Positions 1 to 9,191 of a stretch of DNA of 64,000 bases are shown in pieces. Source of the DNA: a virus; the IMG/VR virus record IMGVR_UViG_3300042922_000982, positions 93,407 through 157,406 of that record, one strand, 5' to 3'. Both the position numbers and the translations under genes were made by a program. Below the pieces are notes generated by a model that did no database searches, was not told the origin of the DNA, and saw only the letters and a list, made by a program, of their open reading frames with translations. Numbering within the stretch: the stretch's first letter is position 1; each line of letters begins with the position of its first letter.

Positions 1-159
1 ATCGTGGACCGCCTGTTCGGCGTCGTCGAGGCTTGATCTGGCGATGGTGATCTGCAAGGTGCGGGGCCTGGGAAGATCCTTCAAGTGCAGGGTGGTGGTG
101 CGCTCCGCTGATACGAAGCGCACCCCCGACACCGTCACCTGGAAGGTCGTCTGTTCCAT
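1..159 (-). CDS. hypothetical protein, runs off left edge (MEQTTFQVTVSGVRF...)
   Basis: ATG at 159 just downstream of the giant gene stop; open to window edge. Confidence 0.5.
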   Translation of the reverse strand, partial: MEQTTFQVTVSGVRFVSAERTTTLHLKDLPRPRTLQITIARSSLDDAEQAVHD

Positions 160-180
160 GGCCCCGGCCCTGCCGATCGC

Positions 181-3100
181 CTACTCCAGATCCGGCTCGG
201 CGTGCCCGGCGGTACGGCCGGGCGCGCGATCGCTGCGTTTCTTGCCCATGAACTGGGCCTTCACGCGAGCGGGAGCCGCCTCGGCACCTTCCACCCGGCC
301 GAAGCGCGCCGCCTGGCGCACCTCGCCTGCCAGCTTCTGCTTGCGGGCAACCGCGATCCCCTTCTTCTCGTCCAGGGTCGAGACCCCGGCCGTGTGCGAG
401 CGGGTGATGACGCGGTGCACGATCGCCTTCGGCACCGAGCCGGTGAGGCGGGCGTGACGCCCGTAGAGCTGCTCCAGGTTGGCCTGGTTGTAGTCGCCGT
501 CCAGGTCGATCAGGTGCGTGCCGCGACCCAGGTTGACACCCGAGGCCGCGATGTTCGAGCTGACGACCAGGATCTTGTGCGCCTCGTTCTCGTTGAAGCT
601 CTTGACCGTATCGTTGCGCGAGGCGCTGATGCGGGTGTCGTGCTTCTCGACAGGCGACGTCTCCTCGTCCTCCGCGCCCGGCTCGGGCGTGAAGTCCTCG
701 TCGGTGCCGCCCGCCTCCTCGTGCGCCGCCTTCAGCTCGTCTTGCGACGCGCGGATGACGCCGTACTTGTAGCCCAGGCGATCGGCATCGGCGCCGCCCG
801 CCATCTTCTGCACGTCGGCATGGGCCCGCTTGAGGCGTTCGTACGTGTTGGACGTCTCGGGGAAGGTGCTGAGGCGATCGCGGGTGTCCGCGTGCGCCCG
901 CGCCACCGCCTTGAGGTTGCGGTGCTCGACCTCCTCCTCGTGCGTCAGACCGCCCGCCGCCGCCTTGGCGGACAGGTGGTTGTGGCGCTCGTAGGCGTGC
1001 TTCGTGTTGTCGTGGGTGTCTTGCAGGCTGGCCTTGAGGGCCTGGTGCTTGGTCGCCTCTTCGTGCATCTGGCGCTCGATCGGCTCCAGGCTGCTCTCGA
1101 GGTGGCGCTTGGCGTTGGCGCCCGAGTACTCGCCCATCACGCGCTTGGCCACCCCTTCGAGGTGGTTCTGGCCGTTGACGCGCTTGGAGGCGAGGATGAT
1201 CTTGGCGTGGGGGTCGTTGCGCATGATCTCGCGCACCTTGTCCTCCACGGCCTTGATCTTGTGAGCGTGAAGCTCCTCCTCCGAGTGGGCGATCGCCGCC
1301 AGGGCGCCCTTGCCGATCTTGCCGTCCTTGCCGCCGCCCTCGATCGCGCTCATGGCGCCAGAGCTGTGAAGCTCCTCGTGGTGGCGTTGGATCATGGCGT
1401 CGTGCTCGGGGCCGAGATCGACGTGCATGTCCTGCAACTGGGCCGACGGGGGACGCATCTCGGCGTCGAGGTCCTCGTTGGTGGAGGTCACCATGTAGCG
1501 GCTGAGCTTGTTACCCAGCTCGGCCTTCTTCTCCTCGTTGATGCCGATCAGGTGGCCGGTCGACTCGTCCTTGATGCCGTAGTTCTTGATGAACTGCTTC
1601 TCGGTGCCGAGATCGTGCTGGCCACGGTGCGTCATGTTGACGAGGTTGAGCTGCTCGCCCAGGTGGTTCTGGATCGGCGTGCCCGTGAGCGCCATGACGC
1701 CCTTGGCCCGGCCGTGCTGCGACGCCTTCAAGCCCGCGTCCTCGTGGTCGAGGCCGTGGATGTAGGCGTCCACCACCCGGCGCTGGCCGCCCTGCGTGCC
1801 CGCGCGGTTGAGCGTGTGCGCCTCGTCGACGATCACGCCGTCGAAGCCCTGCTCTTTCAGGTGCTGGGCGATCGGCTTGCCGCCCACCTTCTTGTTGCCG
1901 TGCACCGGGGCGCCGTCCTCGCCGAACAGCTCGTGCGCCTTGATGTTGTGCTCCGCCTCCAGGGCCGCCTGGACCTCGGGCCGGTGCAGATCATCGTGCG
2001 TGAGCCCCTTGTCGCGCATCACGTCCGCGAGCTTGACCGCCCCGATGCGGGTGGCCTTGTTCGCGAGCATGGAGCGCGTGACGACGTGGTACTTCGCGTT
2101 CGGGCTGATGTCCTTGCCGAACGAGATCTCGCCGCCCTCGTGGTGATCACCGGCGCCGGGCAGGTGCGGCTTCATGCCGAAGAAGGCCGCCGCGTCGTCT
2201 TTCCAGGCTTTCGCCTGGGTGGTGGAGGGCACCACGACCAGGTGCTTCTGCGCCGCGTCCGGGTTCTTCACCTTGGCAAGCTCGGCCGCCGCGAGCGCGG
2301 AGCTGGTCTTGCCGTTGCCGACGCCGAGCGCGCTGATGGTGCGCTGCCCGCCGTTGACGTAGTGGTGAATCATCTTCTGCTGGTGCTTGGTGAACCCGAT
2401 CTGACGGCCGTTGGTGTCGCCGTTGATGTGGCTCAACAGGCCAGGGATCGCCGTGGTCGCCTTGCCCTCGGGGCCGTAGACGTGAGAGCCCAGCTCGTCG
2501 AAGCCGTTGATCTGGTCGGCTGCGAGGGCCGCTTTTTGGCGGACCTGCTGCAAGCGCGGCAGGATGTCGCCGCGCAGCTTGACGCCGCCGAGCAGGTGCG
2601 TGATGCGGTCGACCGCCTCCATGGGCACGACCAGCCCGCGCTTGCCGCCCTTGGCGTTGGCCAGCTGGCCGTAGCCTTCCTCTTTCAGCATGCCGAGCAC
2701 CTGGGCGATCGCGTGCGCCTTGCGGATCGCCTGCGATTGCTCGGTGGTGGTGCCGAGGTTGGCGTCTTCCAGCCCGCCGAGGCCGTGCTTCTCGCCCAGC
2801 TCCTTGATGATGGCCTGCTCTTGCGCCTGGGTGGGCGTGCCCTTCCAGAACATCTTGTGCTTGACCATCGCGTTGGCCAGCTCGATCAGCTTGCCCTCGG
2901 GATCGGTGGGGTCCGACGGCAGGCTCAGAATGGCGCGCGGCTCGGGCGCGTCGATCTCGGGCAGGCCGTCCTTGACGCGCTGCTTGTTCGCCTTCAGGCG
3001 CGCCTTGCGCTCGTCGGCGGACTCGGGCTGCTCCATCTGGATGGTGGGCACGTCGGCGTGGGCCTTGCGGTCCGCGTCGGCGAGCTTGGCGTCGACGATC

Positions 3101-6100
3101 GCCTTCTCCTCGGGCGTGTGGGCCTCGAAGTAGGCGTGGGCCTTCTCGCGGCTCCAGTTGCCCAGGGCGGTCATCTTGTCCTGCTTGGCGTCGTAGCCCG
3201 CGAAGAGCTGCTTGCCGTTGTGCTCCACCGGCCCCTGGTGCTGGGCCAGGCCGCCGGTCTCGCCGATGATCTCGTGCAGGCGCTTGCCCGCCAGGTTGCC
3301 CTGGGTGATCACGGGCGACCCCTTGTGGTCGTACGTGACATGCATGAGCCAGTGGCTGTTGCCGTTGGAGAGGTGCACCACCGAGCTGGTGCCCGCCAGC
3401 GCGCGCAGCTTGCGGTTGAGGTCGTCGGCGGTGTGGATCACGGTGTCGCCGAGCAAGCCGCCCCAGTACTGATCCTTCACGCGGCCGTCGGCGCCGATGT
3501 GAATGTCGATGTCGTGGCCGTCGTGCGTGCGCGCGGTGAACGTGCGCGTGCCGTCGTCTTGCTGGGCGCCTTCCTTGAAGTCGACCGGGGCGTCCTCTGC
3601 CGCCGCCTTCGCCTTCTCGCCCTTGGTGGCCGTCTTGCGCACCTTGCCGTCGGCGACGGTGCGCTTGTGGCCCGCGATCTGCTTGGCGACGTGCTCGCTC
3701 AGGTCGTTGCCCGAGCTGTTCTGAATGGCCGCGTCGAGCTCCTTGTTGAAGTCGACCGCCAGGTTCTTGTTGTCGAGCCCCAGGTGGCGGTACAGCGCGG
3801 CGGCCGGGATGGTCCCGTCCTTCTTGCTGCCGGGCACCTGCGTCCCGTGCTCCGTCTCCGCGAACAGCTCGGTCTTGTGACCCTTCTTGCTCTTGGCGTC
3901 GTAGCTCTGGCGGACGTGAACGTGGACCGTCTTGCCCTCGTGCTGGATGGTGAACTTGTGCTCTTTCGCCGCCTTCTCGTCATCCGCGTGGCTGTGATCG
4001 CCGAAGTCGCCGCCGCCCGACAGGTGCGCGTGAAGCTCGGAGATGTGCTTGCCCACGAAGGCCGAGGGACCGGCGGCAATCTGGCCGCCCTTGGTGATGT
4101 ACACGGCGCGCCCGTGCATGGTGATCCAGCGCCCGCCGGGGTACTTCGAGAGCATCTCGGCGCCGATCCCCTTGAGGATCAGGTCGTCGAAGGGCTCGTC
4201 AACGCCCGCGACCAGCGCGTCGGCCACCCGGTAGGTCAGGCTGCCGGTGTAGCTCTTGGCGATCGCCTCGTCCACCTGGGACAGAGAACCCGGCCCGGCA
4301 AACGCCGCCATCTGGAAGATGAGGCCGTTGGCGCGGTCGACCACGGTCCAGACGCGATCGTCGCCGCCCAGGCTCTTGACCAGGCCGGTGTCGGCCAGCC
4401 ACATCTTCACCGTGCGCTGCGGCTCGGCGTCGAGGGGCCGATCCTCGAACACGAAGGCCATCAAGCGGCCCTCGGCGGTGTAGGGCATCAGCCCCTTGGT
4501 CAGCTCGGTGCCGTGGAAGTCCTGGAGGTCGCCCGCCAGCTGGAGGTGCTGCTTGGCGTTCATGAGCATCTTGCGGCCGGTGCCGGGGTGGTAGCCCAGG
4601 CGCTCGAACACGTCCGACACCGCGATCCAGCTCTTCTTGCCGCCCACCACGTCCTTGGTGGACTTGGGGGTGGTCAGCATGGCCATGTAGTCGCCCTTCC
4701 ACTTGAGGAGGTTGAGCGCCAGCTGGTACTTCTGGCCGTTCGGGTTGACCTTCGAGGGCTTGACGCCGCCGTTGACCAGCATGCGATTGACGATCATGTG
4801 ATCGTTAATGGCCACGGGCTCGCGATCGGCGGCTTGCAGGAGCGCCTTGTACTCCTTGCCCTTGCGCTGATCCTTGGGCACCTTGCGCACCGCGCTCTTG
4901 GCCGCCTGGATCTCGGCGTTCTGCGCGTTCAGGTCGTCCTTGGCGCGCTTGAGGCCCTCGGCCATGGCCGGAACGTGCTCGTGCTTGAGCATGTCCTTGA
5001 GCGCCTTGCCGCCGTCCTCGAGGCCCGCCGACACGACCACGGCGTAGCGCGCGCGGGGGTCGGGAATTTGCGCGATCGCCGCGCCCATGAGGGCCTGCAA
5101 CCGCTCCGAGTGATCGGCTTGCGCCACCTGGGCGAGCGGGTCGACGCCCTTGCCCTCGACCAGATCGCCGAGCGTGCCCGCTTGATCATCGTCGCCCGCC
5201 GGGGCGTCGAGGTGGGCGGCCACGACCTCGTGGGCCAGGCGCGACAGGCGCTTGACCTCGGCCGTTTCGACCTGCATGGCGTGAGCCAGCTCGGTGTCGG
5301 TGGCCGGGCGGCCAAGCTCCGTCTCCAGGGCGCCGCGCACGCGGCTCATCTGGGTCAGGCTGGTGTTGTCGGCCTGCGACACGCGAATGGGGCTGACGCC
5401 CATGATGTCGCGCCACTTGCGGCTCAACTCCTGATCGACGGTGCCCGCCACCTGATCGTGCAGGCTGGTGATGCGCTCGGTGGGGTCGTGGCGACCGATC
5501 ACCTGCCACGCGCTCATGCGGGCGTGCTGCGCCATGTCGGCGAAGAACGAATTGCTCGCCGGGCGGCCCTTCTCGTCGACGGAGGCCGTCATGCCGAGCT
5601 TGCGCATCCAGTTACCGGCGATCGCCACGATCTTCGGCTCCATGTTGCGCAGGGTCGCTTCTTTCACCCGGCGCTCCAGCTCCGGGGTGTAGTCCTTGTA
5701 GCCCTTGAGCTTCTCGCGGATCCGCTGCTTCGCCTCGTCGCCGTCGGCGAGGAAGAGCTGGCCTTCGAGCTTCTTCTTCTCGGCGAACTTGCCGAGGTGC
5801 TCCTCGAACACCGCCTGCTTCTGCACGCGGGCCGCCGCGCCCTCGGCGCTGTCCTTCTTGAGGCCCGGAATGTCGAACAGGGGGGCGGGCTTGCCGAGCG
5901 TCACCTTGGCCGGGGCCGCCGCCGTGTTCACCTTCGCGCGCACGTCGGGCTCGGCCCAGGCAAGCGAGCCCTGCGGGCCCACGCCGGGGAGCGTCTTGGG
6001 GGTCTTGGGCTTGGCGGCGGCCTTCGTCGCCTTCGTTTTCTTGCCGCCCGCCTCGCCGTGGGTGCCCACGGTCAGGACCGGCTGCTTGGCGTGCGCCTTG

Positions 6101-6567
6101 ACCTTGCCGCCCACATGGACGCCGGTCTTGCCCGCCTTGGCGGCAGCCTTGGTGGCCGGGGCGATCGCCGCCGCCTTCTTGGGCGATTGCGCCTTGAGGG
6201 CCGTGCTGGCCTTGCCCGTGGTGGGCTTGGTCGGCGCCTTGGCGACGGCCTTGGCCTTCACCTTGGCCTTCGGCGCGGCCACGGTGGCCGCCTTGCCCGC
6301 CTTCTTCGCGGGCTGGGCGCCCACGGGCTTGGCCTTGGGCACCGCCGCGCTGGCCTTGCCCTTGGTGCCCTTGACGGCCGCCTTGGTGGCCTTGGGGGCC
6401 GCGCCCGCTTTCGCGTCCTTCTTCTTGAGCTTCGCTTCCTCCAGAAGCTTGGCCGCGAGCGCGCTCACGACCTTTTTCTTGTTGACGTTGCGGGTGGTCT
6501 CGCGCACCTGGTAGACCGTGCCCGTTTTGGTGTGGCTCTGGTGAGCCTTCACCCTTTCGGTACTCAT
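181..6567 (-). CDS. giant polyvalent protein: N-terminal shared motif, Lys/Ala-rich region, sigma-70-like domain, linker, SNF2-type SF2 helicase
   Basis: AGGAGG 9 nt before ATG 6567; sigma-like NMEPKIVAIA, FADMAQ..RHDP, ELGRPATDTELA..HLDAPAGDDDQAGTLGDLV; helicase motifs GVGNGKT, IVDEAH, LTGTP, SGVNL, QLYGRHAR. Confidence 0.85.
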   Translation of the reverse strand: MSTERVKAHQSHTKTGTVYQVRETTRNVNKKKVVSALAAKLLEEAKLKKKDAKAGAAPKATKAAVKGTKGKASAAVPKAKPVGAQPAKKAGKAATVAAPKAKVKAKAVAKAPTKPTTGKASTALKAQSPKKAAAIAPATKAAAKAGKTGVHVGGKVKAHAKQPVLTVGTHGEAGGKKTKATKAAAKPKTPKTLPGVGPQGSLAWAEPDVRAKVNTAAAPAKVTLGKPAPLFDIPGLKKDSAEGAAARVQKQAVFEEHLGKFAEKKKLEGQLFLADGDEAKQRIREKLKGYKDYTPELERRVKEATLRNMEPKIVAIAGNWMRKLGMTASVDEKGRPASNSFFADMAQHARMSAWQVIGRHDPTERITSLHDQVAGTVDQELSRKWRDIMGVSPIRVSQADNTSLTQMSRVRGALETELGRPATDTELAHAMQVETAEVKRLSRLAHEVVAAHLDAPAGDDDQAGTLGDLVEGKGVDPLAQVAQADHSERLQALMGAAIAQIPDPRARYAVVVSAGLEDGGKALKDMLKHEHVPAMAEGLKRAKDDLNAQNAEIQAAKSAVRKVPKDQRKGKEYKALLQAADREPVAINDHMIVNRMLVNGGVKPSKVNPNGQKYQLALNLLKWKGDYMAMLTTPKSTKDVVGGKKSWIAVSDVFERLGYHPGTGRKMLMNAKQHLQLAGDLQDFHGTELTKGLMPYTAEGRLMAFVFEDRPLDAEPQRTVKMWLADTGLVKSLGGDDRVWTVVDRANGLIFQMAAFAGPGSLSQVDEAIAKSYTGSLTYRVADALVAGVDEPFDDLILKGIGAEMLSKYPGGRWITMHGRAVYITKGGQIAAGPSAFVGKHISELHAHLSGGGDFGDHSHADDEKAAKEHKFTIQHEGKTVHVHVRQSYDAKSKKGHKTELFAETEHGTQVPGSKKDGTIPAAALYRHLGLDNKNLAVDFNKELDAAIQNSSGNDLSEHVAKQIAGHKRTVADGKVRKTATKGEKAKAAAEDAPVDFKEGAQQDDGTRTFTARTHDGHDIDIHIGADGRVKDQYWGGLLGDTVIHTADDLNRKLRALAGTSSVVHLSNGNSHWLMHVTYDHKGSPVITQGNLAGKRLHEIIGETGGLAQHQGPVEHNGKQLFAGYDAKQDKMTALGNWSREKAHAYFEAHTPEEKAIVDAKLADADRKAHADVPTIQMEQPESADERKARLKANKQRVKDGLPEIDAPEPRAILSLPSDPTDPEGKLIELANAMVKHKMFWKGTPTQAQEQAIIKELGEKHGLGGLEDANLGTTTEQSQAIRKAHAIAQVLGMLKEEGYGQLANAKGGKRGLVVPMEAVDRITHLLGGVKLRGDILPRLQQVRQKAALAADQINGFDELGSHVYGPEGKATTAIPGLLSHINGDTNGRQIGFTKHQQKMIHHYVNGGQRTISALGVGNGKTSSALAAAELAKVKNPDAAQKHLVVVPSTTQAKAWKDDAAAFFGMKPHLPGAGDHHEGGEISFGKDISPNAKYHVVTRSMLANKATRIGAVKLADVMRDKGLTHDDLHRPEVQAALEAEHNIKAHELFGEDGAPVHGNKKVGGKPIAQHLKEQGFDGVIVDEAHTLNRAGTQGGQRRVVDAYIHGLDHEDAGLKASQHGRAKGVMALTGTPIQNHLGEQLNLVNMTHRGQHDLGTEKQFIKNYGIKDESTGHLIGINEEKKAELGNKLSRYMVTSTNEDLDAEMRPPSAQLQDMHVDLGPEHDAMIQRHHEELHSSGAMSAIEGGGKDGKIGKGALAAIAHSEEELHAHKIKAVEDKVREIMRNDPHAKIILASKRVNGQNHLEGVAKRVMGEYSGANAKRHLESSLEPIERQMHEEATKHQALKASLQDTHDNTKHAYERHNHLSAKAAAGGLTHEEEVEHRNLKAVARAHADTRDRLSTFPETSNTYERLKRAHADVQKMAGGADADRLGYKYGVIRASQDELKAAHEEAGGTDEDFTPEPGAEDEETSPVEKHDTRISASRNDTVKSFNENEAHKILVVSSNIAASGVNLGRGTHLIDLDGDYNQANLEQLYGRHARLTGSVPKAIVHRVITRSHTAGVSTLDEKKGIAVARKQKLAGEVRQAARFGRVEGAEAAPARVKAQFMGKKRSDRAPGRTAGHAEPDLE

Positions 6568-6658
6568 ACGCTCCATCCTCCTATTGGCATGGGATTGGCG
6601 TTCCGAGCGTAGCACGGGCAAGCAGCCGAAAAGGCACCATTTGACACCTTAGACGCAA

Positions 6659-6699
6659 TTATCCCCGAGGTGGGCCTGTTGGGCCTTCCTCGGGGATAA
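6659..6699 (-). terminator. 12-bp stem hairpin downstream of the tRNA-like RNA
   Basis: TTATCCCCGAGG ... CCTCGGGGATAA inverted repeat. Confidence 0.5.
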
Positions 6700-6722
6700 C
6701 TGCGGACTCCCGCCATGGGAGA

Positions 6723-6872
6723 TGGCGCCGTGGCAGGAATCGAACCTGCGATCTGAGGCTTCTCTGTTCCCGGCCGCCTGGGGGAGGTACTCCCGAACCG
6801 GGCGATATGGCCCCTCTCTCTACCTGGGTCGGGGTCTTGCAGGCACCCCTTCCGCCTGATGGTCATCACGGC
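6723..6872 (-). ncRNA. tRNA-like structured RNA, ~150 nt
   Basis: 5' GCCGTG pairs with 3' CACGGC followed by G-CCA; T arm GCAGG-TTCGATT-CCTGC; body too long for a standard tRNA. Confidence 0.7.
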
Positions 6873-6876
6873 GGGA

Positions 6877-6887
6877 CCAGTATACCC
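6877..6887 (-). promoter_or_regulatory. -10 box (GGGTATACTGG) for the tRNA-like RNA
   Basis: TATACT at 6884-6879, predicted 5' G lies 7 nt downstream; same 11-mer at 14313-14323. Confidence 0.6.
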
Positions 6888-7256
6888 TCATGCGTAATCG
6901 ATCGCCACCACGCGATCGCCCCAGCGGCCCACGTTGCTGTCGTCGAGGTCCTCGGTGAGCCCCGCGAACATGGCCGGGCACCATACCCATCCCTCCGGCA
7001 GCGGCTCGGCGCGGGCCATCACGTTGAGCCACCCGCCGGGGGACGCCCAGAGGGTCGGGCACAGCCGGAAGTGCCCCCGGTGCTGGGCCCACACCGACGC
7101 CTCGTTCATGTTGGACAAGAGCCCCCACAGGAACGCGTACCACCCGGCCGTCACGATGGGCACCTTCACCACCACGCCCCCGATCAAGAGGGCATGGCGG
7201 GTGGCGCCGGTGGCGATCGCCAACCGGCCGGGCAAGCGGCGCGCCAGGCCCCTCAC
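6888..7256 (-). CDS. minimal protein-kinase-like fold protein
   Basis: GTGA overlap with upstream stop; VVVKVP, NMNE, DLDDSNVG, VAIDY in kinase motif order. Confidence 0.55.
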   Translation of the reverse strand: MRGLARRLPGRLAIATGATRHALLIGGVVVKVPIVTAGWYAFLWGLLSNMNEASVWAQHRGHFRLCPTLWASPGGWLNVMARAEPLPEGWVWCPAMFAGLTEDLDDSNVGRWGDRVVAIDYA

Positions 7257-9163
7257 CACAGCAGGGGCGCCTCGGTGTCGCGCGGCACGGTAACGACCGC
7301 GTCGCGATCGCCGCGCCAATCGCCCACGCTCTTGGCGAGCCCGCCGCCGTGAATCTCGGCGTAGGTCAGCTGGGTCTCCTTCACCCCCTTGAACTCCTTG
7401 TGCGCCTTCACCTTGGCCGACATGTCGTAGGTGGTGCCCGGCTTGAGGCCGGTCGGCTTGGGGCTGAACCAGGAGGCCAAGTTGCCCTGCTCGTCGGTGA
7501 ACTTGTGCAGGTAGCTGGTGCCCCAGGCGTTGGTGATGGGGCGCGGCTCCTCGAGCAGCTTGAACTTGCCGGTCACGGGCGCGCCCGGCACGCCGATGTG
7601 GCCCGAGCGCTTCGGCGCGTTGACCATGCCGTTGGCGCGGGCGTCTTTCGCCGCCGTATTGGCCGCCTTGATGGCCGTGCGCTCCGCCTGCTCGGGGTCG
7701 ACGGGCGCGGGCCTCGGCGCCGCCGCCTTGAGGGGCCGCCCGGTGCCGACCAGCTTGTGCGCGAGCGCCACGTCGCGCGGCGACGGGTTCTGCTTGACCA
7801 GGTGGAAGCCGTCGTAGTCGAAGCCCGCGTCCATGAGGATGCGCCGCAGCCCCCTGGAGGTCTGCGGGAAGGTCAGATTGACGCCCAGGCCCCGCTTATT
7901 GGGGCCCTCGCCGTGCCGGACGGCGCCGTTGTAGCCGTCGTAGGTGCCGGGCGTGCCCATGTCGGGGCTGACGCCGTGATCGAGCCCGGTCACGCTGTAA
8001 CCCGCGTGATCGACCTGCGAATTGCCGATGATCACATGGCCGAACGGGCCCAGCACGACATGGTGGCCCTGCGTGCCGGGGCCGAGGTAGACGTGGTGGT
8101 CGTCGCCGAGCTTGACCACGTCGCCGGGGCTCAGGGGCGCCTGGGCGCCGTCCTTGCCCGCCTTGTCGTTGGCGATCGCCCCGGTGTGGGTGATGCCGCG
8201 CTGCCTCAACTCGTAGTCGACGTCCGGCGGCAGGGCCGGGCCTGCGGGTGGCTTGCTCATCTTCTTCGGTTCCCCGGGCGTTTTGTCCACCTTCACGGCC
8301 AGCCTTGGCTCGCGTTCGGTGGGCTTGGCGGTCGCCCGCTTCACTTTACCCTCCGCCGGGGCCTTCGCGCCAGATGCCTCGGGCTTGAGCGTGTGCGCCT
8401 TCGGCTTGACGAGCTTGGGCGCCTTGCCGGGCGCGGCGTCCTTCTTGACGGCCGCCTTCGGCGGCGCCTTGTCCGCCTTGACGGTCGCCTTCGGCTCGGG
8501 GGCGGGCTTGGGCGCCTGCTTCTTCACCGTGGCGATCGCCGCCTTGGTGGTCTTGGGCTTGGCGGCGGCCTTGGTCGCCTTGGGGGCCGCGCCCGCCTTC
8601 GCGTCCGGCTTGACCTTCTTGGCGGGGGCCTGCTTCGCCACGGCGGCCTTCGGCTTGGCGGCCGGTTTCACCGGGGTCGCCTTGACGGCGGGCTTCGGGG
8701 CCCTGACGGCGGGCTTGGGGCGGTTGACGCGCAGGTGATCGTGCGCCGCTTTCACCCAGGCCGCCGTGGCCGTGTCGACCGGGTGGGTCGTGTCGTTGGT
8801 GAAGGTGTACTTGTCGCGGGCCGTGGCGATCGCCGCCTTGATGTCGGGGATGGCCATGCCCTGGAAGTGCGCCCGGTGCTCCAGATAGACCTTGTCCGCG
8901 AGCGCCTTGAGCCGGGGGTCGGTCAGCCGATCAATGAAATCGCTGGCCTCCTTGGCCGTGATCGGCGCCGAGGCCGGGGCCGTCGCCGCGCGCGCCTCGA
9001 TAGCCATCTGGCTCGCCATGGCGGCCACCAGCGCCCGCTTGTTGACGTTGGCGGTGTGTGCGCGCACCTGCGCCACCTTGCCGCCCTTGGTGCGGCGCTG
9101 GTGCGCCCGCACGTTGACCAGGGCCTTGTTCAGCCCGTCGATCGCCTGATCCACCTGTCCCAT
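7253..9163 (-). CDS. probable head-packaged protein; shared N-terminal motif, Lys/Ala/Pro-rich middle, C-terminal OB-fold-like domain
   Basis: LNKA-LVNVRAHQRRTKGGKVAQVRAH; C-terminal SGHIG..FTDEQGN..WF..KVKAHKEFKGVKETQLT. Confidence 0.65.
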   Translation of the reverse strand: MGQVDQAIDGLNKALVNVRAHQRRTKGGKVAQVRAHTANVNKRALVAAMASQMAIEARAATAPASAPITAKEASDFIDRLTDPRLKALADKVYLEHRAHFQGMAIPDIKAAIATARDKYTFTNDTTHPVDTATAAWVKAAHDHLRVNRPKPAVRAPKPAVKATPVKPAAKPKAAVAKQAPAKKVKPDAKAGAAPKATKAAAKPKTTKAAIATVKKQAPKPAPEPKATVKADKAPPKAAVKKDAAPGKAPKLVKPKAHTLKPEASGAKAPAEGKVKRATAKPTEREPRLAVKVDKTPGEPKKMSKPPAGPALPPDVDYELRQRGITHTGAIANDKAGKDGAQAPLSPGDVVKLGDDHHVYLGPGTQGHHVVLGPFGHVIIGNSQVDHAGYSVTGLDHGVSPDMGTPGTYDGYNGAVRHGEGPNKRGLGVNLTFPQTSRGLRRILMDAGFDYDGFHLVKQNPSPRDVALAHKLVGTGRPLKAAAPRPAPVDPEQAERTAIKAANTAAKDARANGMVNAPKRSGHIGVPGAPVTGKFKLLEEPRPITNAWGTSYLHKFTDEQGNLASWFSPKPTGLKPGTTYDMSAKVKAHKEFKGVKETQLTYAEIHGGGLAKSVGDWRGDRDAVVTVPRDTEAPLLW

Positions 9164-9191
9164 GGTGCCCTCCTGCCCCTATGCCCGAGCC

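Noticed and set aside
5950-6470. Histone H1 homolog
   Set aside because: Only compositional Lys/Ala/Pro similarity, no globular domain
202-6612. 2136-aa plus-strand ORF and other long plus-strand ORFs (e.g. 15595-18102, 26898-29081, 50882-52888)
   Set aside because: Antisense shadows of high-GC minus-strand genes; no motifs and V/L/G/R-skewed composition
6723-6872. Calling the RNA a normal tRNA-Cys, tRNA-Ala, tRNA-Sec or tmRNA
   Set aside because: CTGCAA is not in a clean anticodon arm, the length is about double, and there is no TCA anticodon arm or tmRNA alanine identity
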